DNA of 64,000 bases. Source: a virus (taxonomy: Duplodnaviria > Caudoviricetes). A program made the translations under genes and the position numbers. How positions within the stretch are numbered: the stretch's first letter is position 1; each line of letters begins with the position of its first letter. This document shows positions 45,776 through 54,407 of this stretch, piece by piece. The stretch covers positions 1-64,000 of IMG/VR virus record IMGVR_UViG_3300021387_000484. One strand, written 5' to 3'. Under the pieces are notes generated by a model. The model did no database searches and was not told the DNA's origin. It saw only the letters and a list, made by a program, of their open reading frames with translations.

Positions 45776-48700
45776 TTCTTGAAAGCCTCCTTGTAAGTAG
45801 CTTCCGCCGCCGCATACATATTGGGCGTTATCGCCTTGAGCAGTTCCAACTCACTCTCATGCCCGAAAGCCTTGAGCTCACAATAGTTTGCCCAATACTC
45901 TAAACATTTTGCGGACGCTCTCCCGCCCCCAGATGGGGTCAGCCAATAATCACGGCTATGACCACCGTAAAACATCAACCCACCACTGTATTCCTCTGTC
46001 AGTGCACTCACCGCATCACTGACCGCGCTGAGGTCCTGAACTATCTGCTGATGCCCCCATTCCATAAACTTTTTAAAGGCGTTGTCGCGTTCCTCGTCGT
46101 TTGCGAACCACCCATCACCGTTTGTCTTAAAACCGATGACTTTTGCCATCGCTTCAAAGTCTTCCTTTGCCCTCTTTCCACCATATGGCACAAGGTGTTC
46201 AAGGTTCATCGAAGCAGATGTTATTCTGATTTTCTGTCCGTCCATTGTGTCGTATTCTATGTCCACAGCACCGTCGTCAAGAGCATGCCCCATCTCATGG
46301 ATGAATGTCTCTGCCCCTCGTATTGAACCGAAATAGACTTTTCCGTCCATTGGGTCAAAGTATGACGTTTGTCCCTCTTGCAACTTCTCGATATCCGTTT
46401 TTCTGAGGGTTTTTTCATAGACTGCCCTGACTTCATCAGGCATCGCCTTATAAGCTTCCCTCAGGCGCTGGACCTCATGCTGGCTTGCACCGTTGAGTCC
46501 GAAATTGATATCAAAGAAATCACCTTCTACCTTCTGCCCGGACAGCATGGTCATGTTATCGCACAGGTCTCCGTCTTCAGATTCCCAGTCATTGTTGCCG
46601 CAATACCGGTAATTCCTGCCGTCCTTGCCAACTATGACGGTGCCTTCGCCGACCTCGGACAGGTCTTCTTTCTGCATGGTCACCTGTGCTTTTTCAAGGA
46701 GCGGTTTGTCTGCCTCCCAAGGGGAATCTTGGTTCCTGAAGTTCTTTGCGGCGTGCTTCCTTTGCGCCTCCTCTTTTTCCTCCTCTGATTTAGCGGACTT
46801 GCTTATGTATGCCCGCGTTTCAGCTTCTCTGTCAAGAAAGATGTCCGTGATATCCCCGGACTTCCACGAACCGCTCTCGCCAGTCCCGTACTCGCGCCAC
46901 CTTCCTGAGTCCGTCTTGATGTATCTATAGGATTCATCCCCGTCGGATGATTCAGGTACAGTGATAATCGAGCCTGTTTCTAAGGTATCAAGCAGTTCTG
47001 CCACCTTCCTCTGGTCATCCCTGCGGGACTCGCTGGTAGATTTTTCCGCAATATCAGACAGTTCCTTGTTCAGTTTGCTCTTGGAGGGTTGGAAGAGCGG
47101 CATCTTCGTTTTTCCCACCTTTTTGGTGGTATTCTCACTTTCCGCATCCGGGAAAGACATGCCCTTCAGGTCGCCGCCGTTCTGAGCGGTCCCCTCATCG
47201 TCTATCAGGATGTGTGTCCCGTTGACGGTAATCCACTGCTCATCGTCGGCATGGATGTTCTTTCCAGTAATCGTCTGCACCAGCTTCTGGAAGCCGACCT
47301 CGAAAGGTCTGAACAGCCGCCCTGAGTGTTCTATCTCCTCAATGGCGGTAAACCTCGCCTGATGCATTTCCTCTTCGTCGCACTTTGGCGTCCCCTCATA
47401 CCTGACACATAAGAACAGGTCGGGGCACAGGCCGTTCGTCTGCTTCTCGCCCTTGCCAAATGGTATCAGCTCCATGGGCGTTATGCCGAATTCTTCCTGT
47501 GTCTCACGGATGGCCGCCTGCCCCGGTGTCTCACCTTCTTCGATATGGCCGCCCGGACCGCAGATAAGGTGTTCGCCGTCGCCCGCGCCACGGACGCCTG
47601 TGAGTACCATGCCGTCCTTTATCACGTATACGCCGACTGCGCCCTGAGCGCCTGCGTCCATGCACGCCTCTTCCCTGACGCTGTCGCCGTAGGCTTTATA
47701 CCCGGCCCCCGTGAAGGCTTTGTAGCGCTTGCCGTCCCTGCCGACTATCTCCTCGGTGTAAAGGTCGCTAATAGCCGGTTTTTGGCCGTCCTCGTCCTCT
47801 CTGGATGCCGTTCTGTAATCCCTTATAGAGATATCCCCCTTGCGGGTTCGGACCAGCCTAGAGCCGTGTGGCGGCCTTACAGGCACATTGCCAAGCCATG
47901 CGCTCCTGAGTGTGTCTTCAGGTTCCTCTGTGCCGTGCCATGCTCTCTTTAAGGTGTCGTCTTCTGGCTTAACCCCAAACCACGCATTGCGCAGGGTATC
48001 AGCCGGGTCCTTCTTTACCTCGGGCTCTTCTTTTGGCTCTTCCTTGGGGGTGTTCCCAAGCCACGCGTTCCTGAGGGTGTCGCCGGGCAGGGGAGCCTTA
48101 GAGGGATTGATAATCCTCTCTGCCCCTTCCTGCTCGCCGCCCTGTGCTGTGATTCCAAGCCATGCGTTGCGCAGGGTATCCTCAGGCTCCGCGTCCTGAT
48201 TCTTCTCTTCCTGTGGCTTTTCGGCCTCAGGCTTCTTTGCCGCAGGCTCCTTAGGCAGTGCCTTTGACCCTTCTGGCTTTATCATTTCAGACTTACCGGC
48301 AAGCTGTTGTTTCGCTTCATTTGCCTTTGCCTGTTCCTTGCCGCTCATATCTACCGGCAGTTTCGTGGCCGCTGGCGCCGCCGCAGGTGCGTTCCCGCCA
48401 AGGTCTGTATCCTTAGGTTTGCCGCCCTGTGCAAGCTCTGGCTTTACGCCCGCTTTCTTCGGGTCTGCCTTGGGCTGTACCTTGCCAGACGGAACTCCGC
48501 CCATAGGGTCTTTTTCACCCGCTGGCATCCCCTCTGGCTGTTGTGCTTTTGGCTTTTCTCCGCTCTCTGGCGCGCCCTCAGCAGATGCTCCTTCAGGCGG
48601 CATCATACCCGGCATACCGCCCGGTGCTCCGCCTTCTGCGCCCGGCATACCGCCGCCCATACCCGGCATTCCTTCCATGCCCGGCATACCGCCGCCCTCT

Positions 48701-50136
48701 GCCTGCTTCTTCATGGGGTCGTTCTCTTCCAACTCTTCCTCGGTATACTCGTCAAGCATGGTCTCGACATCGAATTCCTCGGAATCAGCAAGCTTCTTTC
48801 TGACCTCGGACGGGTCAAGGGCCTGCATCTGGACGTATACCATAGCGGTATTTGCCTTGGTGTTCTCCACCTGTGCCCGCATCTGGTCAAGGGATACTTC
48901 CTCCTGCTCAGACAAGGACCACAGTGGGTTAAATTCCACCTTTATCGGCGGGACTTCGTCTATCTCACCGGACAAAACCCCCGCCTGAAAGATGATGGAA
49001 AGAAGATACCTCAGGTTCTTCTTGAGCATCCGCTTCTGGATGCGCTCCACGTAGTTGTACCAGTTCTCAAGGTCGCCCATGCCTGTAGAGTTCATCCCCG
49101 CCGGTGACCTGCCGAACAGGATGGTCTGCGGAATGGATGTCAGTGCCGACAGGAAGTTGCATGTCGTGTCGATGACCTCGGAAACGCCCGTGAATGAAAA
49201 TTGCCTGAAGCTGTAATCCTCTCCCTCGCTGTCAATGGTGATGGAGTTCAAAAGCCCCCTCGCCATGTCGATGGTCTGAAGGCGCCTCAGCACTCTGTCC
49301 TCGCCTTCTTCGGTAGCAAGCTCAGCAGACAGGTCCTTCATGGAGTAGACCGCCTGTATGGACCTGTCGAGCATCTTCGGTGCAGTGCCGTGGGCTATCT
49401 CCGCATCCCTTATCGCTTTTTTGAGACGCACGTACTCGGGCATGCCCCAAAGCTGATAATAGGAATTGGACGTGTTCTCGGGCAGTATCCCGTTCTGGAA
49501 TACAAGGCATCTGGAATCGTGCACCCTGAAATTCCCGTACTTGCTGAACACGTCATAGTATTCAGGCATCCCCAGCCTGCTACCTCTGGTCCCGAACGGG
49601 TCATCCGGGTCATAGGAGAACATAGTGCTGTAGTCTGGCTGTATCAGGGACCGGTCATACACCCGTATATCGTCTATGGACTTGATGTTCCTCCAGTCAA
49701 GGGGCTCGTCAACGCCCCTGCCGTCATTAATCATCAGAACGGCTATGGAACCTCCAAAGAGCCTTGCCCACTTGATGCAGGTCATGGCCGTCTCTTCCCA
49801 GTCCAGTTCGTCAAGGGCCTCCATGTAGAAGTCCTCTATCTCTTGGTCTTTTACGTCCTTGAGCTCAAACCCGTGCTTTATCGCCTCCTCTGCGGGAGCG
49901 TCAATGATTTTTGAAAAAAGCCCGTTCCCCTCGTAGAACATGGTCAGTTCGTCGTCGGGAATCGGCGGCTCCTGCTTGAATTCATACCGTTCCGAAGAAT
50001 CTCTCGAAGTGCCGTACTTTGTGAGCAGGTTGACGTAACCGTCCATCCGGTAGGGCCTGACGACTCTGCCGGTCTGCTTCCGTATTAAATCTGTATAGCG
50101 TCTCAGTGAGTCTATCTTTTCCTGCCTGCTTGCCAT
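45772..50136 (-). CDS. Portal protein (DUF1073-type) fused to linker, NUDIX hydrolase and zincin peptidase (1454 aa)
   Basis: N-terminal ~470 aa: KIIDAPAEEA..WARLFGG..IPQTILFGRSPAGMNSTG..DLENWY..FNPLW. Nudix box GGHIEEGETPGQAAIRETQEEFG; WITVNGTHIL tag; HEMGH. Confidence 0.85.
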   Translation of the reverse strand: MASRQEKIDSLRRYTDLIRKQTGRVVRPYRMDGYVNLLTKYGTSRDSSERYEFKQEPPIPDDELTMFYEGNGLFSKIIDAPAEEAIKHGFELKDVKDQEIEDFYMEALDELDWEETAMTCIKWARLFGGSIAVLMINDGRGVDEPLDWRNIKSIDDIRVYDRSLIQPDYSTMFSYDPDDPFGTRGSRLGMPEYYDVFSKYGNFRVHDSRCLVFQNGILPENTSNSYYQLWGMPEYVRLKKAIRDAEIAHGTAPKMLDRSIQAVYSMKDLSAELATEEGEDRVLRRLQTIDMARGLLNSITIDSEGEDYSFRQFSFTGVSEVIDTTCNFLSALTSIPQTILFGRSPAGMNSTGMGDLENWYNYVERIQKRMLKKNLRYLLSIIFQAGVLSGEIDEVPPIKVEFNPLWSLSEQEEVSLDQMRAQVENTKANTAMVYVQMQALDPSEVRKKLADSEEFDVETMLDEYTEEELEENDPMKKQAEGGGMPGMEGMPGMGGGMPGAEGGAPGGMPGMMPPEGASAEGAPESGEKPKAQQPEGMPAGEKDPMGGVPSGKVQPKADPKKAGVKPELAQGGKPKDTDLGGNAPAAAPAATKLPVDMSGKEQAKANEAKQQLAGKSEMIKPEGSKALPKEPAAKKPEAEKPQEEKNQDAEPEDTLRNAWLGITAQGGEQEGAERIINPSKAPLPGDTLRNAWLGNTPKEEPKEEPEVKKDPADTLRNAWFGVKPEDDTLKRAWHGTEEPEDTLRSAWLGNVPVRPPHGSRLVRTRKGDISIRDYRTASREDEDGQKPAISDLYTEEIVGRDGKRYKAFTGAGYKAYGDSVREEACMDAGAQGAVGVYVIKDGMVLTGVRGAGDGEHLICGPGGHIEEGETPGQAAIRETQEEFGITPMELIPFGKGEKQTNGLCPDLFLCVRYEGTPKCDEEEMHQARFTAIEEIEHSGRLFRPFEVGFQKLVQTITGKNIHADDEQWITVNGTHILIDDEGTAQNGGDLKGMSFPDAESENTTKKVGKTKMPLFQPSKSKLNKELSDIAEKSTSESRRDDQRKVAELLDTLETGSIITVPESSDGDESYRYIKTDSGRWREYGTGESGSWKSGDITDIFLDREAETRAYISKSAKSEEEKEEAQRKHAAKNFRNQDSPWEADKPLLEKAQVTMQKEDLSEVGEGTVIVGKDGRNYRYCGNNDWESEDGDLCDNMTMLSGQKVEGDFFDINFGLNGASQHEVQRLREAYKAMPDEVRAVYEKTLRKTDIEKLQEGQTSYFDPMDGKVYFGSIRGAETFIHEMGHALDDGAVDIEYDTMDGQKIRITSASMNLEHLVPYGGKRAKEDFEAMAKVIGFKTNGDGWFANDEERDNAFKKFMEWGHQQIVQDLSAVSDAVSALTEEYSGGLMFYGGHSRDYWLTPSGGGRASAKCLEYWANYCELKAFGHESELELLKAITPNMYAAAEATYKEAFKK
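47890..48180 (-). repeat. Five DTL(R/K)xAW(L/F/H)G peptide repeats in the portal linker
   Basis: DTLRNAWLG, DTLRNAWLG, DTLRNAWFG, DTLKRAWHG, DTLRSAWLG. Confidence 0.85.
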
Positions 50137-50156
50137 GCTCTCTCCTTACGGCGCAT

Positions 50157-50186
50157 GAAAAAAGGAGGCTGTGCGCCTCCCTCTTT
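50157..50186 (-). terminator. Rho-independent terminator before the portal gene
   Basis: ggaggc-gcaca-gcctcc followed by TTTTTT. Confidence 0.7.
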
Positions 50187-50225
50187 CCCGTATCTTATGT
50201 ATGTGCCCTCGCGGGCCGTTCCGTG

Positions 50226-50537
50226 TTACTCCAAATCATCCTCGTCATCGTCATCGTCTTCCCGTTCGGGAAGGTCGTCGTAGACCTCGTTCATGCAATC
50301 AAGCATGTACTCAAGCCTCTGCTGTGCGTCCAGCGCCGCCCTGACGTTCTCTGTGACCTTCACGTCGTCATGCCCGCCGAAGTGCTTGTTCAGCTCCTCG
50401 ACGGAGTTGTCCTCGAAGAATCCCTCAGGGAGCGTGTCCAGATAGTCGACGATAGCGTCGAAGACTTCCAGTTCCGCATCCGACAGCGCGTTCACTTTCT
50501 TCTTGGCTTCAGCCGCCAGCTTCGTAAGTTCACCCAT
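50226..50537 (-). CDS. Small, highly acidic protein
   Basis: AGGAGG RBS; D/E-rich with an acidic tail. Confidence 0.7.
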   Translation of the reverse strand: MGELTKLAAEAKKKVNALSDAELEVFDAIVDYLDTLPEGFFEDNSVEELNKHFGGHDDVKVTENVRAALDAQQRLEYMLDCMNEVYDDLPEREDDDDDEDDLE

Positions 50538-50552
50538 ATAAACCTCCTCCTC

Positions 50553-51098
50553 TTATAACTTGGACCTTCTCTCGGCGGTCTTTCCACCCCTGCTCTTGTT
50601 GCCGCCCCTCGTGGTGCGGTTGGGGAAAGCATACTGGATAGCCGCCCTTGTACCGGAGATTTTGGATACGCTGGACTCTCTCGCCCTCTTGCCGCGTCCC
50701 TTGACATCCTTGAGGATGTTCGCGCTTGCATGCTCATCAATCTGCCTTACGACCTGATAGCCCTTCTTCCCGGCGTTCTTCACATTAGCGGACTTGACGT
50801 TCATGTTTACCTTGCCCATGCGCTTCTGCGCGCGGGCAAGTGCCTTCGGGCTCCGCATCTGCATGGCAAGGGAATGAGCCTCTTTCATTTCGCGCCTCAC
50901 CTTTGCCTGAGAAGTGTACGTTTTTGAAACAGTCTTCAGCATGCGGAAGCCCCTGCCGCCTCCGGGAGCCGACCCGCCTTTATGTCCGGGTACGCCGACG
51001 TGTCCCCAGTTGCCGCTTCCTTCACCGCCATCTTCACGCCTGCGTCTTTTCAGGCTCTTCCTTATCGTTTCCACTTTCCTGAGAGTCCTTGTTTCCAT
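50553..51098 (-). CDS. Tagged, highly basic protein
   Basis: AGGAGG RBS; TIRKSLKRRRRED plus GGEGSGNWGHVGVPGHKGGS, then a K/R-rich body. Confidence 0.7.
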   Translation of the reverse strand: METRTLRKVETIRKSLKRRRREDGGEGSGNWGHVGVPGHKGGSAPGGGRGFRMLKTVSKTYTSQAKVRREMKEAHSLAMQMRSPKALARAQKRMGKVNMNVKSANVKNAGKKGYQVVRQIDEHASANILKDVKGRGKRARESSVSKISGTRAAIQYAFPNRTTRGGNKSRGGKTAERRSKL

Positions 51099-51113
51099 CG
51101 CTCCTCCTTTTGT

Positions 51114-51141
51114 AGTATAGCGCATAAAGCGCACGTGCCAA
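51114..51141 (-). promoter_or_regulatory. Possible sigma-A-type promoter
   Basis: TTGGCA-N16-TATACT just upstream of the RBS. Confidence 0.45.
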
Positions 51142-51179
51142 TTCAATTTCGCGCGTTTTGCCGATTTTTTTAAAACTTT

Positions 51180-53360
51180 TTACAACATATTTCTGAGGCT
51201 GAACGTGGGCTTCGCAAGTTCATTGAACGCATCAGAGCTGGCATCTACCATGTCATCATGCGCGCCCTGCGGAAAGCTCTCAAGCTGGTTGAAGAACATC
51301 TCATTCCAGTCCGCCGCAAGAACATACACGTTGCCGACCTGCCACTGCGCCGCAAAAGGGGTCGCCCTCTGTTCCTTGCTACCCGATACGGGGTACGCCT
51401 TTACCGGGAACCCTGACAGCATCTTGATAAAGTTCTGCGCAAGAATCTTCCCCGCCGCGCCCGGGTCCTGAGGAATGCGAATCTTGCACTTTAGTCCGTA
51501 TTTCTTCCTGTCTGAGACAGCTGTGTTGTATATCAGCTTTTCCACTTCTGCGGCAGGCAGTCTCTTGTTGATAACGTCCATGACCACGACCGACTTGTCT
51601 TTCCTGAGCCCCAAGAGGGCGCCAGCCGTGTAGTCGGGGTCGCCGCTCTCCTTGTCTGCCGTAGCCGCTATATCCCATGCCCGGCAGTACAGCTCTAAAT
51701 CGGATGGAAGGTCTAGGAGCACCTGAACCTGAGTCCTCTTGAAATACCTTCCTGCGGCAGACTTAATCTTCCAGTTGCCCTTTAAGAGCCGTTCGCGCTC
51801 GACCTCTGGAAGAGACTTTAAGGACGCCAGATACTGCGGGTTGACCTTTAAGAGCTCCTTATTGTCGTAGATACTCGACATGATGAAGGTCACTGACCTC
51901 GGCTCATCCTTTTCCTCTTCGGTCTTTAAGTCGAACCGTTCCCACAGCTCTTCCTTCGTATCAGCCCAGTTGATAATCCCGTCACGCCTGACGAACCACC
52001 GAATCTTCCCGCTCCGTTCTGGTATCGGATACCCTGTATCTTGGTCTATCCACCACTCGATGAACTTGGCTACCCACGAGTCCGCATCCGGGTTGCAGGT
52101 CGCCCTTATAAAAGGCTTTACGCCGCACGTGGAACGGTTACGGGACATCATGTAGAAGAATGTTGCTTCATCAAAATGAGTTAATTCATCGAATCCTATT
52201 TCGCAAAGTTGTGAGCCCTGCCAGTCGTCGACACCGCTGTAATTCTCTATATGAGCAAAGGTCACCTTCGATATGGGGAGTCCGTCATTATCATTGAATT
52301 CCCACGATGTGTTTACCTTCTTCATCTGAGCATTCGGTATCAAGCCGTAGATAGATTGCGCAGTGTCCCAGAGACCGCCGGGTGAGAAGACCTGTTTGAA
52401 CGTTCTTCGGAAAATCGTGCAGTTGAACCCCTGTACACCCTTATACATAAGGGGTGTCAAGAGAAGCCCATGCGTGTTGTGGGTGACTACAAAGTCCTTG
52501 GTCACATACAGCCCGTCAGGCTCGTCCACTCTGATGCACTGGCACTCCTCTTCCCCACAGGGTTTGATTGATAGGATTCTTCTATTTAGGTTTCCCCGGG
52601 TCCTGTCCTTCAGAACTGCCTTCATCCGTGGGAACAGCTCGGAATCATCCTTTGTCAGGATGTCGACCAGAAAGCCCCCTGAGGCTTCCCGCTTTATATA
52701 GGCCATGCCGCCTATCGACCAGACCAGCCACTGCATGTCTTTTGCAAGCTTTTCTGAACTGGTGTATAGCCCGCATCTGCCTTCTTCGGATATCCGCCCG
52801 CCCTTATCCATCAGTCCCTGTATGAGCGATACACGGTCTTGTGGCGGGGCGTATTTGTACCGGACAGGAATGTGCTTTGCCTTGTCCTCAACGCACTCAT
52901 CCGCAAGATATGTCCCTAGGGCGTATGGTATCAATGAACCCGCCGGTCCCCTGTTTTCGAACTGAACAGCCCCGCAAAGGGGGGTTTGATAATCTTTACC
53001 CTGAGCCAGCCCGTCGATGATGGCACTTGTGGTCATCACCTTTCCGTTTACGAACCACAGGTGGTCTTTTGTACACCTCGTCTGCGCCCCGTCCTCGAAC
53101 AGCACTCTGTAGACAGCCTTTTTGCCCTGAGGGAAGGTCTGCACGACCGTGGTCTGCCTTCCCGTCGCCGATATGACCTTGTCACCGGCCTTTATGGACC
53201 CCATCGGCCTGAATCCAAACGGTGTAAGAACGGGTTCGCTAAGCGGCTGTGCCTTTCCCCCGCCCGCCGAACCGCCGAATATGCAGATATCAGCCTCTGT
53301 CGCAAGGAAGTCCCACTGTGGTCCCGGCTGTGGCCTAATGGTAATCTTATTCTTCGCCAT
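51180..53360 (-). CDS. terL: Terminase large subunit containing an intein
   Basis: Walker A GGSAGGGK|T split by the intein; Walker B IGFDELTHF; RATCNPD; nuclease RAWDIAA..HDDMVDA. Confidence 0.92.
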   Translation of the reverse strand: MAKNKITIRPQPGPQWDFLATEADICIFGGSAGGGKAQPLSEPVLTPFGFRPMGSIKAGDKVISATGRQTTVVQTFPQGKKAVYRVLFEDGAQTRCTKDHLWFVNGKVMTTSAIIDGLAQGKDYQTPLCGAVQFENRGPAGSLIPYALGTYLADECVEDKAKHIPVRYKYAPPQDRVSLIQGLMDKGGRISEEGRCGLYTSSEKLAKDMQWLVWSIGGMAYIKREASGGFLVDILTKDDSELFPRMKAVLKDRTRGNLNRRILSIKPCGEEECQCIRVDEPDGLYVTKDFVVTHNTHGLLLTPLMYKGVQGFNCTIFRRTFKQVFSPGGLWDTAQSIYGLIPNAQMKKVNTSWEFNDNDGLPISKVTFAHIENYSGVDDWQGSQLCEIGFDELTHFDEATFFYMMSRNRSTCGVKPFIRATCNPDADSWVAKFIEWWIDQDTGYPIPERSGKIRWFVRRDGIINWADTKEELWERFDLKTEEEKDEPRSVTFIMSSIYDNKELLKVNPQYLASLKSLPEVERERLLKGNWKIKSAAGRYFKRTQVQVLLDLPSDLELYCRAWDIAATADKESGDPDYTAGALLGLRKDKSVVVMDVINKRLPAAEVEKLIYNTAVSDRKKYGLKCKIRIPQDPGAAGKILAQNFIKMLSGFPVKAYPVSGSKEQRATPFAAQWQVGNVYVLAADWNEMFFNQLESFPQGAHDDMVDASSDAFNELAKPTFSLRNML
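52476..53252 (-). mobile_element. Class-3-type intein (259 aa) with a degenerate LAGLIDADG domain
   Basis: Starts with Ala (AQPL); block B TKDHLW, block F CQCIRV, ends VTHN followed by Thr; the W-C-T triad is present. Confidence 0.85.
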
Positions 53361-53880
53361 GGTATTCTTCGGCTTCTACGACCCTTGTCCCTTCTATTCT
53401 CTCCTGCCTCTTGTTGTGGGGCAGTACGATGACCACGTCCGTATCCGACTCGTTGTGTGCCTCAAGCTGTACTTCCTGCCTCTGCGTCCATACTCCGCGC
53501 TTTCTGTTGTTGAGCCAGTACATGATAGCCGTAGTATCGGGCGGCACCTGCTTGACCTTTGTCTTATGCCCGACCACTTTGGTGTTGCCATCGTCGTCAA
53601 CGGCATAGACAAACTCCGTCTCCTCGGTAGTGCATCCCAGTGCCCTCTGGTACAGGCTCTTCTCTACGTTCGCGTCGGCCTTGGCTTTAGCGTCTTCTAT
53701 CGCCTCCCGAAGCTCAGGAAACGTGCTCTTCCACCTGTGGAGGGTCCACCGTGCGATTCCGAAAGCCTCGGCTATCTCTTCGTCTGTAGCCCCCTTTACC
53801 GCCAATGACCATGCCCAGTCAACGTGGTACTCCGGGTTGTATTTGGATTTGTTGCCTGACCTGCCAGCGACACCTGACAT
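53347..53880 (-). CDS. terS: Terminase small subunit (HTH)
   Basis: GATDEEIAEAFGIARWTLHRWK..VEKSLYQRALG..PPDTTAIMYWLNNR; directly upstream of TerL. Confidence 0.85.
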   Translation of the reverse strand: MSGVAGRSGNKSKYNPEYHVDWAWSLAVKGATDEEIAEAFGIARWTLHRWKSTFPELREAIEDAKAKADANVEKSLYQRALGCTTEETEFVYAVDDDGNTKVVGHKTKVKQVPPDTTAIMYWLNNRKRGVWTQRQEVQLEAHNESDTDVVIVLPHNKRQERIEGTRVVEAEEYHGEE

Positions 53881-53912
53881 GATTCCACCTTCCTCCTATG
53901 CTTTTGAGCACA

Positions 53913-53942
53913 TAAAAAAACAGGGTTTTCAGCCCTGTTTTT
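53913..53942. terminator. Bidirectional-type terminator hairpin upstream of terS
   Basis: aaaaacaggg-ttttcag-ccctgttttt. Confidence 0.7.
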
Positions 53943-54160
53943 CCTCGCAAATATCATTTTTCTGAATCAATTCATAATTGGTGTCACTAAAAATGAATTA
54001 GTGAACACATATGGATTATAAGAGCAGGTGTGAGCCTGCCCTTTCACTTTCCTTTTTATGCCTTTAAATGGCCCCGAAGTAAAAATTTTCCCGGGCCTGT
54101 ATAAGACTCACTTTCCTTTTTTTGTCATTTATAGAATGCCAGCCAGAATCAGCAGTAGCG

Positions 54161-54406
54161 TCATCCCCCGCAGTATCCAACGTCTGCGGCGGCGTCGTCA
54201 GCCGGGACCTTGTCCTTGAAATACCTCTCGATAAAGAGCTTCCTCTCCTCACACTGTTCCCTTGCCTGCTGTTCTGTGTAGTTCCAAGAGCTGTAGACAA
54301 GGCATGTGACGATATCCTCTATATATTCGGAGATATCTTTGTAGTCAAGGAAAGTGCATCTTTCCTCACAGAACCTATCGGCCTCTTCCTCTGTCATTTT
54401 CCGCAT
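54161..54406 (-). CDS. Hypothetical protein
   Basis: Coupled to the upstream gene; GAGGGG RBS. Confidence 0.6.
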   Translation of the reverse strand: MRKMTEEEADRFCEERCTFLDYKDISEYIEDIVTCLVYSSWNYTEQQAREQCEERKLFIERYFKDKVPADDAAADVGYCGG

Positions 54407-54407
54407 A

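Noticed and set aside
45772-50136. Calling the DUF1073 region an anti-CBASS Acb1 nuclease
   Set aside because: Motifs and synteny indicate a portal, and no HxT/S phosphodiesterase motif pair was recognised.
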